A stretch of DNA of 64,000 nucleotides from a phage, in NCBI GenBank assembly GCA_019326865.1, contig GCA_019326865.1_4101.1. One strand, given 5' to 3'. The notes beneath the pieces were generated by a model, which searched no databases, had not been told where the DNA came from, and saw only the letters and a program-made list of their open reading frames with translations. This document shows, in pieces, positions 17,669 to 34,886 of the stretch (the first letter of the stretch is position 1; every line of letters begins with the position of its first letter). Both the position numbers and the translations under genes were made by a program.

Positions 17669-19987
17669 ATGATTAACGTAACCAAGCGTAATGGAATGAA
17701 AGAACCGTTATCATTGGATAAGATCCATCAGATTTTATTTTTCGCTGCTGAAGGTCTAAGTGGTATTTCAGTTTCTGAAATTGAAATTCGTGCACAACTT
17801 CAGTTTTATGAAGGTATTGAAACTAGTACTATTCATGATATTCTGATTAAAGCAGCCGCAGAACTTATTTCAGAAGATACACCAAATTACCAATATGTTG
17901 CTGGTAGATTATTAAACTATAGTATTCGTAAGCAAGTATATGGGCAGTATGACCCGATTAAATATGCTGCTCATCTTCAAGAAATGGTTGATATCAAAAT
18001 ATATGATCCTGAAATTCTTGAAAAATATACTCTTCAAGAAATAGAAGAGCTTGGGCGTTATATCAAACATAAACGTGACGATAAATTTACTTATGTTGCA
18101 ATGCGACAATGGGAAGGAAAATACCTTTACAAAAACCGCGTTACTAAGAAAATTTATGAAACTCCACAAATGGCATATATGACTATTGCCGCAATCATTT
18201 TTATGGAGTATGATCGTTCCGTTCGTATGTCATATGTTAAAAAGTTTTATGATGCAGTAAGTAACTTTGACATTAGTCTTCCTACACCTATTATGGCTGG
18301 TCTACGTACAAACACACGTCAGTTTAGCTCTTGTGTAGTTCTAAATGTTGGTGACAGCTTGGATAGTATTGGTTCATCTAACCACGCCATTCTACGTTAT
18401 ATTTCACGTAAAGCTGGTCTTGGTATTAATATGGGCCGCATTCGTGCCTTGGATTCCGAGATTCGTTCAGGTGATGCAGTACATACTGGATTGATTCCGT
18501 TCATTGCAGCTACTGCTAAAACTGTTAAAAGCTGTTCACAAGGTGGTGTTCGTGGTGGAGCAGCAACTGTTCACTTCCCATTGTGGCATTTGGAATTTGA
18601 TAACTTGGTAGTTCTTAAAAACAACAAAGGAACTGAGTTTAACCGTGTACGTCAACTGGACTATTGTTTCCAAGTAAACAAAACTTTGTATCAACGTTTG
18701 GTTGATGGAAAGAATATCACGTTCTTTAGTCCTAATGAAGTTCCTGGGTTATATGATGCATTCTGCTCTGATCAAAAAGAATTTGAAAAGCTATATAAAA
18801 AATACGAATCTGACCAAAGCATCCGTAAAAAATCCGTACCTGCTGTTGAAGTATTCAGTACTTTAATGACGGAACGTGCAGAAACTGGTCGTATCTATAT
18901 TCAAAATATTGACCATACAAACACACACTCAACATTTATTGAATCAAATGCTCCTATCGAGCAATCCAACTTGTGTCAGGAAATCGCACTACCATCTGTG
19001 CCATTTGATGATATTAATACTGGTAAAGGTTTGATTAGTTTATGTACCTTGAGTGCAATCAACTGGGGTAACTTTGACCGTCCAGAAGAGATGGAAACTG
19101 CATGTGATCTTTCTGTTCGTGCTCTTGACTCACTTTTAGACTATCAAGACTATCCAGTAGTTCATGCGGATCGAGCAACAAAAATGTATCGTCCACTAGG
19201 TGTTGGTATTATTAACTTTGCCTATTTCCTTGCTAAACGTGGTTTACGTTATAATGAAGCTGCACTGGAAACAGTTAACGAATGGGCTGAAGCATGGTCT
19301 TACTATCTAATTAAATCGTCTGTACAGCTTGCTAAAGAGAAAGGTAAATGTGAAGGATTTGATAATCTAAAATATGCCAAAGGTATCCTTCCAATTGATA
19401 CTTATAAATCTGATATTGATGAATTAGTAACTAAAGAACTAAAACAAGATTGGGAATCTTTGCGTGAAGATATCAAAGAATATGGCATTCGTAACGCAAC
19501 AACCATGGCATTAATGCCAGCAGAAACAAGTGCACAAATCAGTAACAGTACTAACGGTATTGAAAAACCACGTTCTCTCGTAACTAAGAAACTATCTAAG
19601 GATGGTATTCTTAAACAAGTAGTTCCTGAAATTAATAAATTAAAAAACAAATATGATTTATTATGGGAACAAAAAGATAACATTGGTTATCTACAAATTT
19701 GTGGTGTTCTACAAAAATACATTGACCAAAGCATCAGTGTTAATACCAGTTATAACCCAGCACACTTCCCTGATGGGAAGTTGCCAATGTCGACTCTCCT
19801 AACTGAGCTTATGTATGCATATAAGGTTGGTTTGAAAAATCTTTATTATCATAATACAAATGATGGTTCAGATGAAGTAGACGTTGAAAAAGTACTGAAA
19901 GAAGCTGCAAAACCAGAATCAGGGCAGTTCGTGTTACCTACACTATCGGACTTAGATGAAGGTGATTGTGATAGTTGTAAAATCTAA
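17669..19987 (+). CDS. nrdA: ribonucleoside-diphosphate reductase alpha subunit (class Ia)
   Basis: N-terminal ATP-cone (VTKRNG...), 772 aa, C-terminal Cys pair (CDSC); followed by nrdB. Confidence 0.85.
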   Translation: MINVTKRNGMKEPLSLDKIHQILFFAAEGLSGISVSEIEIRAQLQFYEGIETSTIHDILIKAAAELISEDTPNYQYVAGRLLNYSIRKQVYGQYDPIKYAAHLQEMVDIKIYDPEILEKYTLQEIEELGRYIKHKRDDKFTYVAMRQWEGKYLYKNRVTKKIYETPQMAYMTIAAIIFMEYDRSVRMSYVKKFYDAVSNFDISLPTPIMAGLRTNTRQFSSCVVLNVGDSLDSIGSSNHAILRYISRKAGLGINMGRIRALDSEIRSGDAVHTGLIPFIAATAKTVKSCSQGGVRGGAATVHFPLWHLEFDNLVVLKNNKGTEFNRVRQLDYCFQVNKTLYQRLVDGKNITFFSPNEVPGLYDAFCSDQKEFEKLYKKYESDQSIRKKSVPAVEVFSTLMTERAETGRIYIQNIDHTNTHSTFIESNAPIEQSNLCQEIALPSVPFDDINTGKGLISLCTLSAINWGNFDRPEEMETACDLSVRALDSLLDYQDYPVVHADRATKMYRPLGVGIINFAYFLAKRGLRYNEAALETVNEWAEAWSYYLIKSSVQLAKEKGKCEGFDNLKYAKGILPIDTYKSDIDELVTKELKQDWESLREDIKEYGIRNATTMALMPAETSAQISNSTNGIEKPRSLVTKKLSKDGILKQVVPEINKLKNKYDLLWEQKDNIGYLQICGVLQKYIDQSISVNTSYNPAHFPDGKLPMSTLLTELMYAYKVGLKNLYYHNTNDGSDEVDVEKVLKEAAKPESGQFVLPTLSDLDEGDCDSCKI

Positions 19988-19995
19988 ATAAAAAA

Positions 19996-20020
19996 ATCCC
20001 GCTTCGGCGGGATTATTTTT
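19996..20020 (+). terminator. rho-independent terminator
   Basis: atcccgc-ttcg-gcgggat hairpin plus T-tract. Confidence 0.75.
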
Positions 20021-20034
20021 AACGGAGTGATATA

Positions 20035-20808
20035 ATGAAAGTTGATTATTTTAAACCAATTAATATTGGTTTCATTGAGGAATTTTGGGATGATTTGGAC
20101 ATGGATATGATTGTTCGCCATCAAAAGCTTCCAGACGATTTCATTAAGAAGCATTTTGATAAAATGAACCCTAACATGTTGGCTCGTTATCAAACTATGT
20201 CAATTGATTTCTTAAAAGAAAAGTGGGAATGGTTCGATAAGAACGTTCTGGCAACATATGTTGTCATGCCACTGGAACTCATTAAAGAAAAGTGGGATGA
20301 TTTTAAAGATAACTGTCTTGGAACAGTTGCAAAATACCAAAAAATGTCATTGGATTTTATACAAGAAAAATGGGATGACTTTGTAGAGTTTAAAGATGGT
20401 GTAATGTCAGAAATCTCTCGTTACCAAAAATTAACTCTGGATTTCATTCAAGATAAGTGGGAATATATAGATAAGAATTATATTTCTTATTATCAAACTT
20501 TAACTGTTGATTTCATCAAAGATAACTTAACAGAACTGAACATTGCTGCGGTATCTGCATTCCAAATTATTTCTGATGATGTTCGAAATCTTATGGGATT
20601 GGCTGCACCAGCAGCAACCATTACCGGAAACCAAATATTATCTCTAGACCCATGTGTGGATGGTATGGCACGATATAACGCCCATACTCCTGATAACACA
20701 ACAGTACTGACATGGAATGAATTATTACAAAAACACTTGGGTACACAGGACGGAATTCGTGATATCCATTGGTTGTCTTATAAACTAGGACATAACATCA
20801 ATACATAA
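20035..20808 (+). CDS. tandem-repeat protein
   Basis: Five to six ~27-aa repeats with core YQ-x-[ML]-[ST]-[IL]-DF-[IL]-x-[ED]-KW-[DE]; 257 aa. Confidence 0.55.
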   Translation: MKVDYFKPINIGFIEEFWDDLDMDMIVRHQKLPDDFIKKHFDKMNPNMLARYQTMSIDFLKEKWEWFDKNVLATYVVMPLELIKEKWDDFKDNCLGTVAKYQKMSLDFIQEKWDDFVEFKDGVMSEISRYQKLTLDFIQDKWEYIDKNYISYYQTLTVDFIKDNLTELNIAAVSAFQIISDDVRNLMGLAAPAATITGNQILSLDPCVDGMARYNAHTPDNTTVLTWNELLQKHLGTQDGIRDIHWLSYKLGHNINT

Positions 20809-20827
20809 TATATAAGGAAATATATAA

Positions 20828-21952
20828 ATGTCCGTTTTTAAAATTAACGAAAAATCACACTTAGAAAAAAATATGTTTTTTGATGAAAGTGTTGACATTC
20901 AACGATTTGAAAGTGTAAAATATTCAGCACTAGAGAAACTAACTGAACAACAAAAAAGTTTCTTCTGGACCCCAGGAGAAGTTGATGTATCTAAAGATAA
21001 AATTGATTTTGCCAACCTTAATGATTCAGAGAAGCACATTTTTACCTCTAACTTGAAACGTCAAATTCTTCTTGATTCTGTACAAGGTCGTGGTCCAAAC
21101 CTAATGCTACTACCATATGCATCACTACCTGAATTAGAGAACTTTATTGAGACATGGGCATTCTTTGAAGGTGCGATTCATAGTAAATCATATACTCATA
21201 TTATTCGTAACATTTACCCTAATCCATCTGAAGTGTTTGATACTATGTTGGACATTCCAGAAATCACAGATTGTGCGGCTGATGTGTCTAAGTATTATGA
21301 TGAACTGGATGAGCTAGGTACATGGTATAAAGTACTGGGTGAAGGAACTCACAATGTCAATGGTAAAACTATTGTTGTTGATATGTACGAACTTAAAAAG
21401 AAAATGTGGTTGTGTCTGAATAGTATTAACATCCTTGAGGGTGTGCGTTTTTACGCTAGTTTTGCCTGTTCGTGGGCCTACGCCGAAAACAAGCTTATGG
21501 AAGGTAATGCCAAAATTATTCGTCTAATTTGTCGTGATGAAAATTTACACTTAGCGGCAACACAAATGATTCTTCGCCTACTTAAGAAAGAAGATCTAGA
21601 CTTTGCAAAAATTGCAGAAGAGTGTTATGATGAAGTACTGGAAATGTTCATGTCTGCAATCCGTCAAGAAGAAGCTTGGGCAGATTTCCTCTTTAAAGAT
21701 GGTTCAATCATTGGACTAAATGCAGAAATCCTAAAACAATATGTTCGCTGGATTGGTTCTAAGCGTATGTCAGCACTAGGAATTAAATGTCCATATACTG
21801 TATCTAAGAGTAACCCACTACCTTGGACTGAGCATTGGGTTAGTGGTGGTTCAGTACAAGTTGCACCGCAAGAAACTGAAATAAGTTCTTACATCATTGG
21901 TGGTATTGTTAATGATATCCAAGGAGATACATTCACGCCATTCAAACTATAA
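20828..21952 (+). CDS. nrdB: ribonucleoside-diphosphate reductase beta subunit
   Basis: 374 aa, ferritin-like helices, directly downstream of nrdA; uninterrupted. Confidence 0.8.
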   Translation: MSVFKINEKSHLEKNMFFDESVDIQRFESVKYSALEKLTEQQKSFFWTPGEVDVSKDKIDFANLNDSEKHIFTSNLKRQILLDSVQGRGPNLMLLPYASLPELENFIETWAFFEGAIHSKSYTHIIRNIYPNPSEVFDTMLDIPEITDCAADVSKYYDELDELGTWYKVLGEGTHNVNGKTIVVDMYELKKKMWLCLNSINILEGVRFYASFACSWAYAENKLMEGNAKIIRLICRDENLHLAATQMILRLLKKEDLDFAKIAEECYDEVLEMFMSAIRQEEAWADFLFKDGSIIGLNAEILKQYVRWIGSKRMSALGIKCPYTVSKSNPLPWTEHWVSGGSVQVAPQETEISSYIIGGIVNDIQGDTFTPFKL

Positions 21953-21962
21953 ATTAAAACTA

Positions 21963-21990
21963 AAAAGGGATTCATAGAATCCCTTTTCTT
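21963..21990 (+). terminator. rho-independent terminator
   Basis: aaagggattc-ata-gaatcccttt hairpin plus T-tract. Confidence 0.7.
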
Positions 21991-22002
21991 ATGGGTATTA
22001 TA

Positions 22003-22170
22003 TATGAAAGATATTTTTACAATAGATGCAAACGTTATATATGATTTTTATCTTACTGGTGGTGTGAAGGTAACGGGTACAGTGATTGATGTTTGTGATA
22101 ATGGTATAATCTTAAGTGATGGAACTAGAGTTGTCCAAACACACATCATTATGTTTGTTCCACATGTATG
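22003..22170 (+). CDS. small Sm/Hfq-like protein (55 aa)
   Basis: Not in ORF track (<60 aa). Sm1-like YDFYLTGGVKVTG and Sm2-like VQTHIIMFVP, Hfq-like spacing. No clear RBS. Confidence 0.35.
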
Positions 22171-22198
22171 ATTTTTTTGGAACAAAACAGAATAAATG

Positions 22199-22207
22199 TG
22201 CTATAAT
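22199..22207 (+). promoter_or_regulatory. extended -10 promoter element (TGcTATAAT)
   Basis: About 28 nt upstream of start at 22236. Confidence 0.4.
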
Positions 22208-22223
22208 GAATTTTGTAAAATAA

Positions 22224-23606
<1,383 letters not shown>

Positions 23607-23607
23607 T

Positions 23608-23638
<31 letters not shown>

Positions 23639-23641
23639 AGC

Positions 23642-25044
<1,403 letters not shown>

Positions 25045-25129
25045 TGTTAATCTCCAATCTTATTGTTATTTTTATAAAGTATTTACCCATTTTTATGTTT
25101 TATATAGTTTATATGGAGAAGGAAGTAAT

Positions 25130-26432
<1,303 letters not shown>

Positions 26433-26459
26433 CTTGAAATGTAGAAATCAGTCGAGGGA

Positions 26460-27803
26460 ATGATGAGTAAAATTAAGCTTACGGATAAGCAACAAGAAAT
26501 CTTTGATGATTTTATAGATCGTGTTTACAACTATGCAGGTAAGACAATTTCAGTTTTATCTGCACCAGCAGGAACTGGAAAAACATTCACTACCGCTGAG
26601 ATTGTAAAAGCATTATGTAAAAACTATAATATTGCAGTAACTTCACCTACACATAAAGCCAATGCGGTTATTCGCAATATGCTAATTAACAATGCTGGTC
26701 TTACTAAGGAAGACGCACAAGTTAGTACTATACATTCTTTTTTAGGATTGAAATTAGTATATGAAAAGAATCGTCAAGTACTAAAACATGACCCACAGAG
26801 TAAAGTCAGCAACACGAACGTTGATATTCTTATTGTTGATGAGTGTAGTATGATTTCAGATGAACTATTTCAGCATATACAGGACCAATTGTGGCGTGTC
26901 CGTCGAGCAGTTTTATTCATTGGTGATCGTTGTCAGTTACCACCAGTTGAGTCGGAAGGTACGATGGGGGAGACTAAATTGTCCCCTACATTTGATGTGC
27001 CTGTTCAGTATGAATTAACTGAGGTTTTACGCCAAGCATTGGATAATCCTATTCTGGCAATTGCAACTGCAATTCGTGAGTGTATTGGGACTAGTAAAAA
27101 TCCATTTGATATTATGCACCAAACCCATGGGTTGAGCACTATTACACCTATAGATGATGAAGATTTATTTCTAAATGTTTATCGTGAATTTATAATGGAA
27201 AATAAGGGGTCATCTAAAAAAATATTTGATTTTGTAAATGAAAATAAAATTCTAGCATACACAAATTATAGAGTTAATTTGGCTAATATTTACATTAGAA
27301 GTCAATTATTTGAAGTTCCAGATGAATTTACTAAAGGTGAACCAATTGTTTTTGAAAGTATAACTGAGAATAGCCCTTATGTAGTACAACAAATAATTCA
27401 ATGTCCTGAAGTAAAACGTGAAAGTTTTATGGGTATTGATTGTTGGCAATTCCGTTTACCAAATGGTAGTTATATTTTGGGTGTAGGACCAGAGACAAGA
27501 ATTGCGATGGACGAAAAACTTGATAAACTTGTTAAGGATATTGAGAAAAAAGAAATAAACCCATTGACAAAGAAACCATATATGTGGCAGGATTATTATG
27601 TTATAAAGAATAAATTACATATCATTAATTATCCGTATGCAACAACTGTTCATAAATCGCAAGGAAGTACTTTTGACAACATTTGGTTTGACACTGATTT
27701 TATTGAACGCATAGGAACTAATGATACGAAGTGTAGAATTTTATACACAGCAATGACCCGTCCTAGATATAGTGTTATTCTGAGACAGAACGCCCGATTC
27801 TAA
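26460..27803 (+). CDS. SF1 helicase (Dda/RecD-like)
   Basis: Walker A APAGTGKT, Walker B LIVDECSM, C-terminal VHKSQGSTF; 447 aa. Confidence 0.75.
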   Translation: MMSKIKLTDKQQEIFDDFIDRVYNYAGKTISVLSAPAGTGKTFTTAEIVKALCKNYNIAVTSPTHKANAVIRNMLINNAGLTKEDAQVSTIHSFLGLKLVYEKNRQVLKHDPQSKVSNTNVDILIVDECSMISDELFQHIQDQLWRVRRAVLFIGDRCQLPPVESEGTMGETKLSPTFDVPVQYELTEVLRQALDNPILAIATAIRECIGTSKNPFDIMHQTHGLSTITPIDDEDLFLNVYREFIMENKGSSKKIFDFVNENKILAYTNYRVNLANIYIRSQLFEVPDEFTKGEPIVFESITENSPYVVQQIIQCPEVKRESFMGIDCWQFRLPNGSYILGVGPETRIAMDEKLDKLVKDIEKKEINPLTKKPYMWQDYYVIKNKLHIINYPYATTVHKSQGSTFDNIWFDTDFIERIGTNDTKCRILYTAMTRPRYSVILRQNARF

Positions 27804-27886
27804 CATACTAAATAATATACTTAAATATTTTTGATTTTTAATCATAAATAATCAAAAGTGTTTTGTATTATGGAGAAGAATATACA

Positions 27887-28453
27887 ATGAACAATTTACT
27901 ACATGTATTTAAAATTGAAGTTGCAGGAACGAATCTAGATAATATCCCATATTATATGTATGGTGATTATGATTCATCTTCTACAACTACTGCCCCAACC
28001 GATAAGCAAACTACTGATAAATCAGTTGCACTTTTGCGTTATCTACAACTTTCACGTTTGTTATCAACATATTCAGTACCAGTTTATAGTAATGTTGAGT
28101 TTTCTACACCAGGAACTGCCAAAACTATCCCATCTGGTGCAACTATTACCGTTGGGTATATTAGTTATCAGCCGTTTCTAAGTACTTTGAGTGATGTAGA
28201 ACTAGCTAAATTAACAACTGAAGATATGAAAACCGCGAAAGCTGCTGAAATTATTCAAAATCTAATTAATGATTCATTGAAAGGTAACGGAACTACAGCT
28301 ATTGTTAATGAAGAAGTCACTGTACAGAAAACCATCAAACGAAACAAAAATGCACTAAGTACGGATGAAGTTGCATTCATTGAATATGAGAATGTGTTCC
28401 TTGATGTCCCCTCAGTTGAGGATGCATCCGTAGTATCTTACGTTAAATTATAA
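27887..28453 (+). CDS. hypothetical protein
   Basis: Start at 27887 after GGAGAAG RBS. Confidence 0.5.
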   Translation: MNNLLHVFKIEVAGTNLDNIPYYMYGDYDSSSTTTAPTDKQTTDKSVALLRYLQLSRLLSTYSVPVYSNVEFSTPGTAKTIPSGATITVGYISYQPFLSTLSDVELAKLTTEDMKTAKAAEIIQNLINDSLKGNGTTAIVNEEVTVQKTIKRNKNALSTDEVAFIEYENVFLDVPSVEDASVVSYVKL

Positions 28454-28476
28454 TTTTATAATATGGAGTTCTTGAC

Positions 28477-28671
28477 ATGGCAGACAAAACATTTTATGAT
28501 CGTATTATTGAAGACAAGGGAGTTTTTGATAAGGTGGTTTATGACTTAGAACTTATGATCAAAGACGCACCAAATCCACGAGTACGAACACAAGCAGAAT
28601 TTGCAAAAACTTATCTTGTTCAAGTTCAAGCAATCTGTGAAGCAATTAAAAAACACAATGATAGAACTTGA
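28477..28671 (+). CDS. hypothetical small protein
   Basis: 64-aa ORF; its 3' end overlaps a consensus promoter. Confidence 0.45.
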   Translation: MADKTFYDRIIEDKGVFDKVVYDLELMIKDAPNPRVRTQAEFAKTYLVQVQAICEAIKKHNDRT

Positions 28672-28696
28672 CAGAACCAACGTTCTATCCTATAAT
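28668..28696 (+). promoter_or_regulatory. sigma70-type promoter (TTGACA-17-TATAAT)
   Basis: Perfect -35 and -10 hexamers with 17-nt spacer, 45 nt upstream of IF3-like start. Confidence 0.65.
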
Positions 28697-28740
28697 TACT
28701 ATTGAACAAAACATTAAAATCATATTGGAGCTTTTATTAC

Positions 28741-29803
<1,063 letters not shown>

Positions 29804-29814
29804 AATATAGATTA

Positions 29815-32772
<2,958 letters not shown>

Positions 32773-32777
32773 TAAAA

Positions 32778-32809
32778 ATATCGGGACATCTGGTCCCGAT
32801 ATTTTTTTT
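32778..32809 (+). terminator. rho-independent terminator
   Basis: atatcgggac-atctg-gtcccgatat hairpin plus T8. Confidence 0.8.
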
Positions 32810-32871
32810 GAGACAGAAATAACATTGGTGATACAATGTTTTATGACAAAGAGACATGATAAGGAATTCAA

Positions 32872-34836
32872 ATGGCTAAGAAAGAAAGTGCTGTTCTACA
32901 GGAACATGATGTTCAACGACTCAACGATTATCAACATGCTCGTTTGCGTACAGAGATGTACCTTGGCTCACGTTCTGTGCATGAAAGTCAAGTATTGATT
33001 TTTGGTGAATCTGGATATGAGGTCAAGAACGTAGAATGGGTTCCTGCAATTCTTACTGCTACACGTGAAATTATTGATAACAGCTTAGATGAATTTAAAA
33101 AAGCTGGAACTAAAGAACCCGTTTTGAAAGTTGATTTCAATGAAGAAGAACTATCATTTGAAATTAGTGATAATGGTCGTGGTATCCCAATCGATTACGT
33201 TCCAGAATATCAAAAAAACTTATGTACTATGGTAATGACCGAAACTAAAACTGGTCGTAACTTTGATGATTCAAAACGTGATGAAACTATTGGTCAGAAT
33301 GGTTTGGGTGGTTCTGTTGCGATGATTGTAAGTTCTAAGGCAGAATTGGAAATTCATCGTCAAGGTCGTCCATATAAAACACAAAGTAGCAATGATGGTT
33401 ATGACGGCTTTTATAAGTTCAATCAGAAGTTTGAGGAAGGGACCATCATGTTCCCTGAACTTTATGTACATGAACCTACTATTAGAAAGGTACAAACAGA
33501 TAAAACTGGAACAACAATTCGTTTCACATTGAGTAAAGAAGTTTTTCCAAATAGAAAACTGCCTACTGAATTACTTTATAGTATTCTTAAAGAAATGGCT
33601 GCCGCTAACCCAACTTATAAAATATTTTTAAATGGTAAACGTATTTCTATTAAAGGAAACACTGAAAAAGCATTATTCAACTCACCTAAATTGATGCAGT
33701 TAAATGTTAAAGATGAATCTTTCAATTTTAACAGTACTTTTTATATTGTTCCTAATGCTGTATCTGGTATGAACACTAACTTTCATATGCATGGATTAGT
33801 TAACAATGCACCTGCTTTTGATGGTGGTACACATCTTGACACATTTAAAAAATTCTTTTCTTTAGGTGTTGGAGCAGCACTAGAGAAAGAATCCAAGAAA
33901 CGTAGAATGAAACCAAACCGTTCTGACATTGAAGAAGGATTGTTGATTTATAACGTCACGACGATGAAAGCACCTTCGTTCAATTCACAGATTAAATCTA
34001 AACTAACAAATGAAAATGTAATTCGTCCTATTCAACAAGCAATGAGTTCTGAGTGGTTTGATGAATTGGTTAAGAAGAATAAAGAGTGGGTTGATGAAAT
34101 TTTTGAACGCTGTGCGGCCCGTACTAATAAGAAAGATGCTGAAGAAGATCGCCGTTTGGCTAAAAAGCTTCTAAAAGGTAAGGTTGCAAAATTACTTGAT
34201 AGTACTGGTACTGATAGATCACAGTGTATTTTGTTGATTGCAGAAGGTGACTCAGCAATTTCTAACATGGCAAGTGCTCGTATACCAAGTATTCATGGGA
34301 TTCTACCATTGCGTGGTAAGATTATGAACGTCAGTGGTTCTGAAAAGACCAAAGAATTAATGGATTCGATGGCATTGCATGACATAATGGCTAGTATCAA
34401 TTTAGTGCCAGGGGTCAAAGCTGACCGAGCAGACCTGAACTATGGTAAACTTTATATTTGTGCAGATGAAGATGAAGACGGTAAAAATATCGGAGCATTA
34501 GTATGTAACTTCCTGTTCAAATTCTGGCCTGAGTTGTTCCAAGATCCAGAAAATCCATTTGTGTACATATTCAAAACTCCATTTATCATTCTAGAGAAAG
34601 GTAAGGAAACAAAATACTACTATGGTCATGATGTACATGAATACAATCCTGACGATTGGAAAGGTTGGAAAGCAACTCGTGCAAAAGGGCTTGGTACGTT
34701 AGAAAAATCAAATTTCCGCGACGCATTCACACATAGTGTTGCAGTAGCAATCACAGATGATGGACGTCTTGGTGAAACTCTTGATTTGATTTTCAACAAG
34801 AAACGTGCAGATGATCGTAAGAACTGGATGGAATAA
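32872..34836 (+). CDS. type II DNA topoisomerase large subunit (GyrB/ParE-like ATPase + TOPRIM)
   Basis: GHKL ATPase region, TOPRIM LLIAEGDSA and DEDEDG; 654 aa, consistent with fused T4 gp39+gp60-type subunit. Confidence 0.8.
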   Translation: MAKKESAVLQEHDVQRLNDYQHARLRTEMYLGSRSVHESQVLIFGESGYEVKNVEWVPAILTATREIIDNSLDEFKKAGTKEPVLKVDFNEEELSFEISDNGRGIPIDYVPEYQKNLCTMVMTETKTGRNFDDSKRDETIGQNGLGGSVAMIVSSKAELEIHRQGRPYKTQSSNDGYDGFYKFNQKFEEGTIMFPELYVHEPTIRKVQTDKTGTTIRFTLSKEVFPNRKLPTELLYSILKEMAAANPTYKIFLNGKRISIKGNTEKALFNSPKLMQLNVKDESFNFNSTFYIVPNAVSGMNTNFHMHGLVNNAPAFDGGTHLDTFKKFFSLGVGAALEKESKKRRMKPNRSDIEEGLLIYNVTTMKAPSFNSQIKSKLTNENVIRPIQQAMSSEWFDELVKKNKEWVDEIFERCAARTNKKDAEEDRRLAKKLLKGKVAKLLDSTGTDRSQCILLIAEGDSAISNMASARIPSIHGILPLRGKIMNVSGSEKTKELMDSMALHDIMASINLVPGVKADRADLNYGKLYICADEDEDGKNIGALVCNFLFKFWPELFQDPENPFVYIFKTPFIILEKGKETKYYYGHDVHEYNPDDWKGWKATRAKGLGTLEKSNFRDAFTHSVAVAITDDGRLGETLDLIFNKKRADDRKNWME

Positions 34837-34846
34837 TATAGGCTAA

Positions 34847-34870
34847 TGGGGGACATAGTGTTCCCCTTTT
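34847..34870 (+). terminator. possible terminator
   Basis: gggga...tcccc hairpin then TTTT. Confidence 0.4.
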
Positions 34871-34886
34871 ATAAAGAGACAATGGA

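Noticed and set aside
20828-21952. Group I intron in nrdB, as in phage T4
   Set aside because: The ORF is continuous at a length normal for an intact beta subunit, with no internal stop or structured insert.
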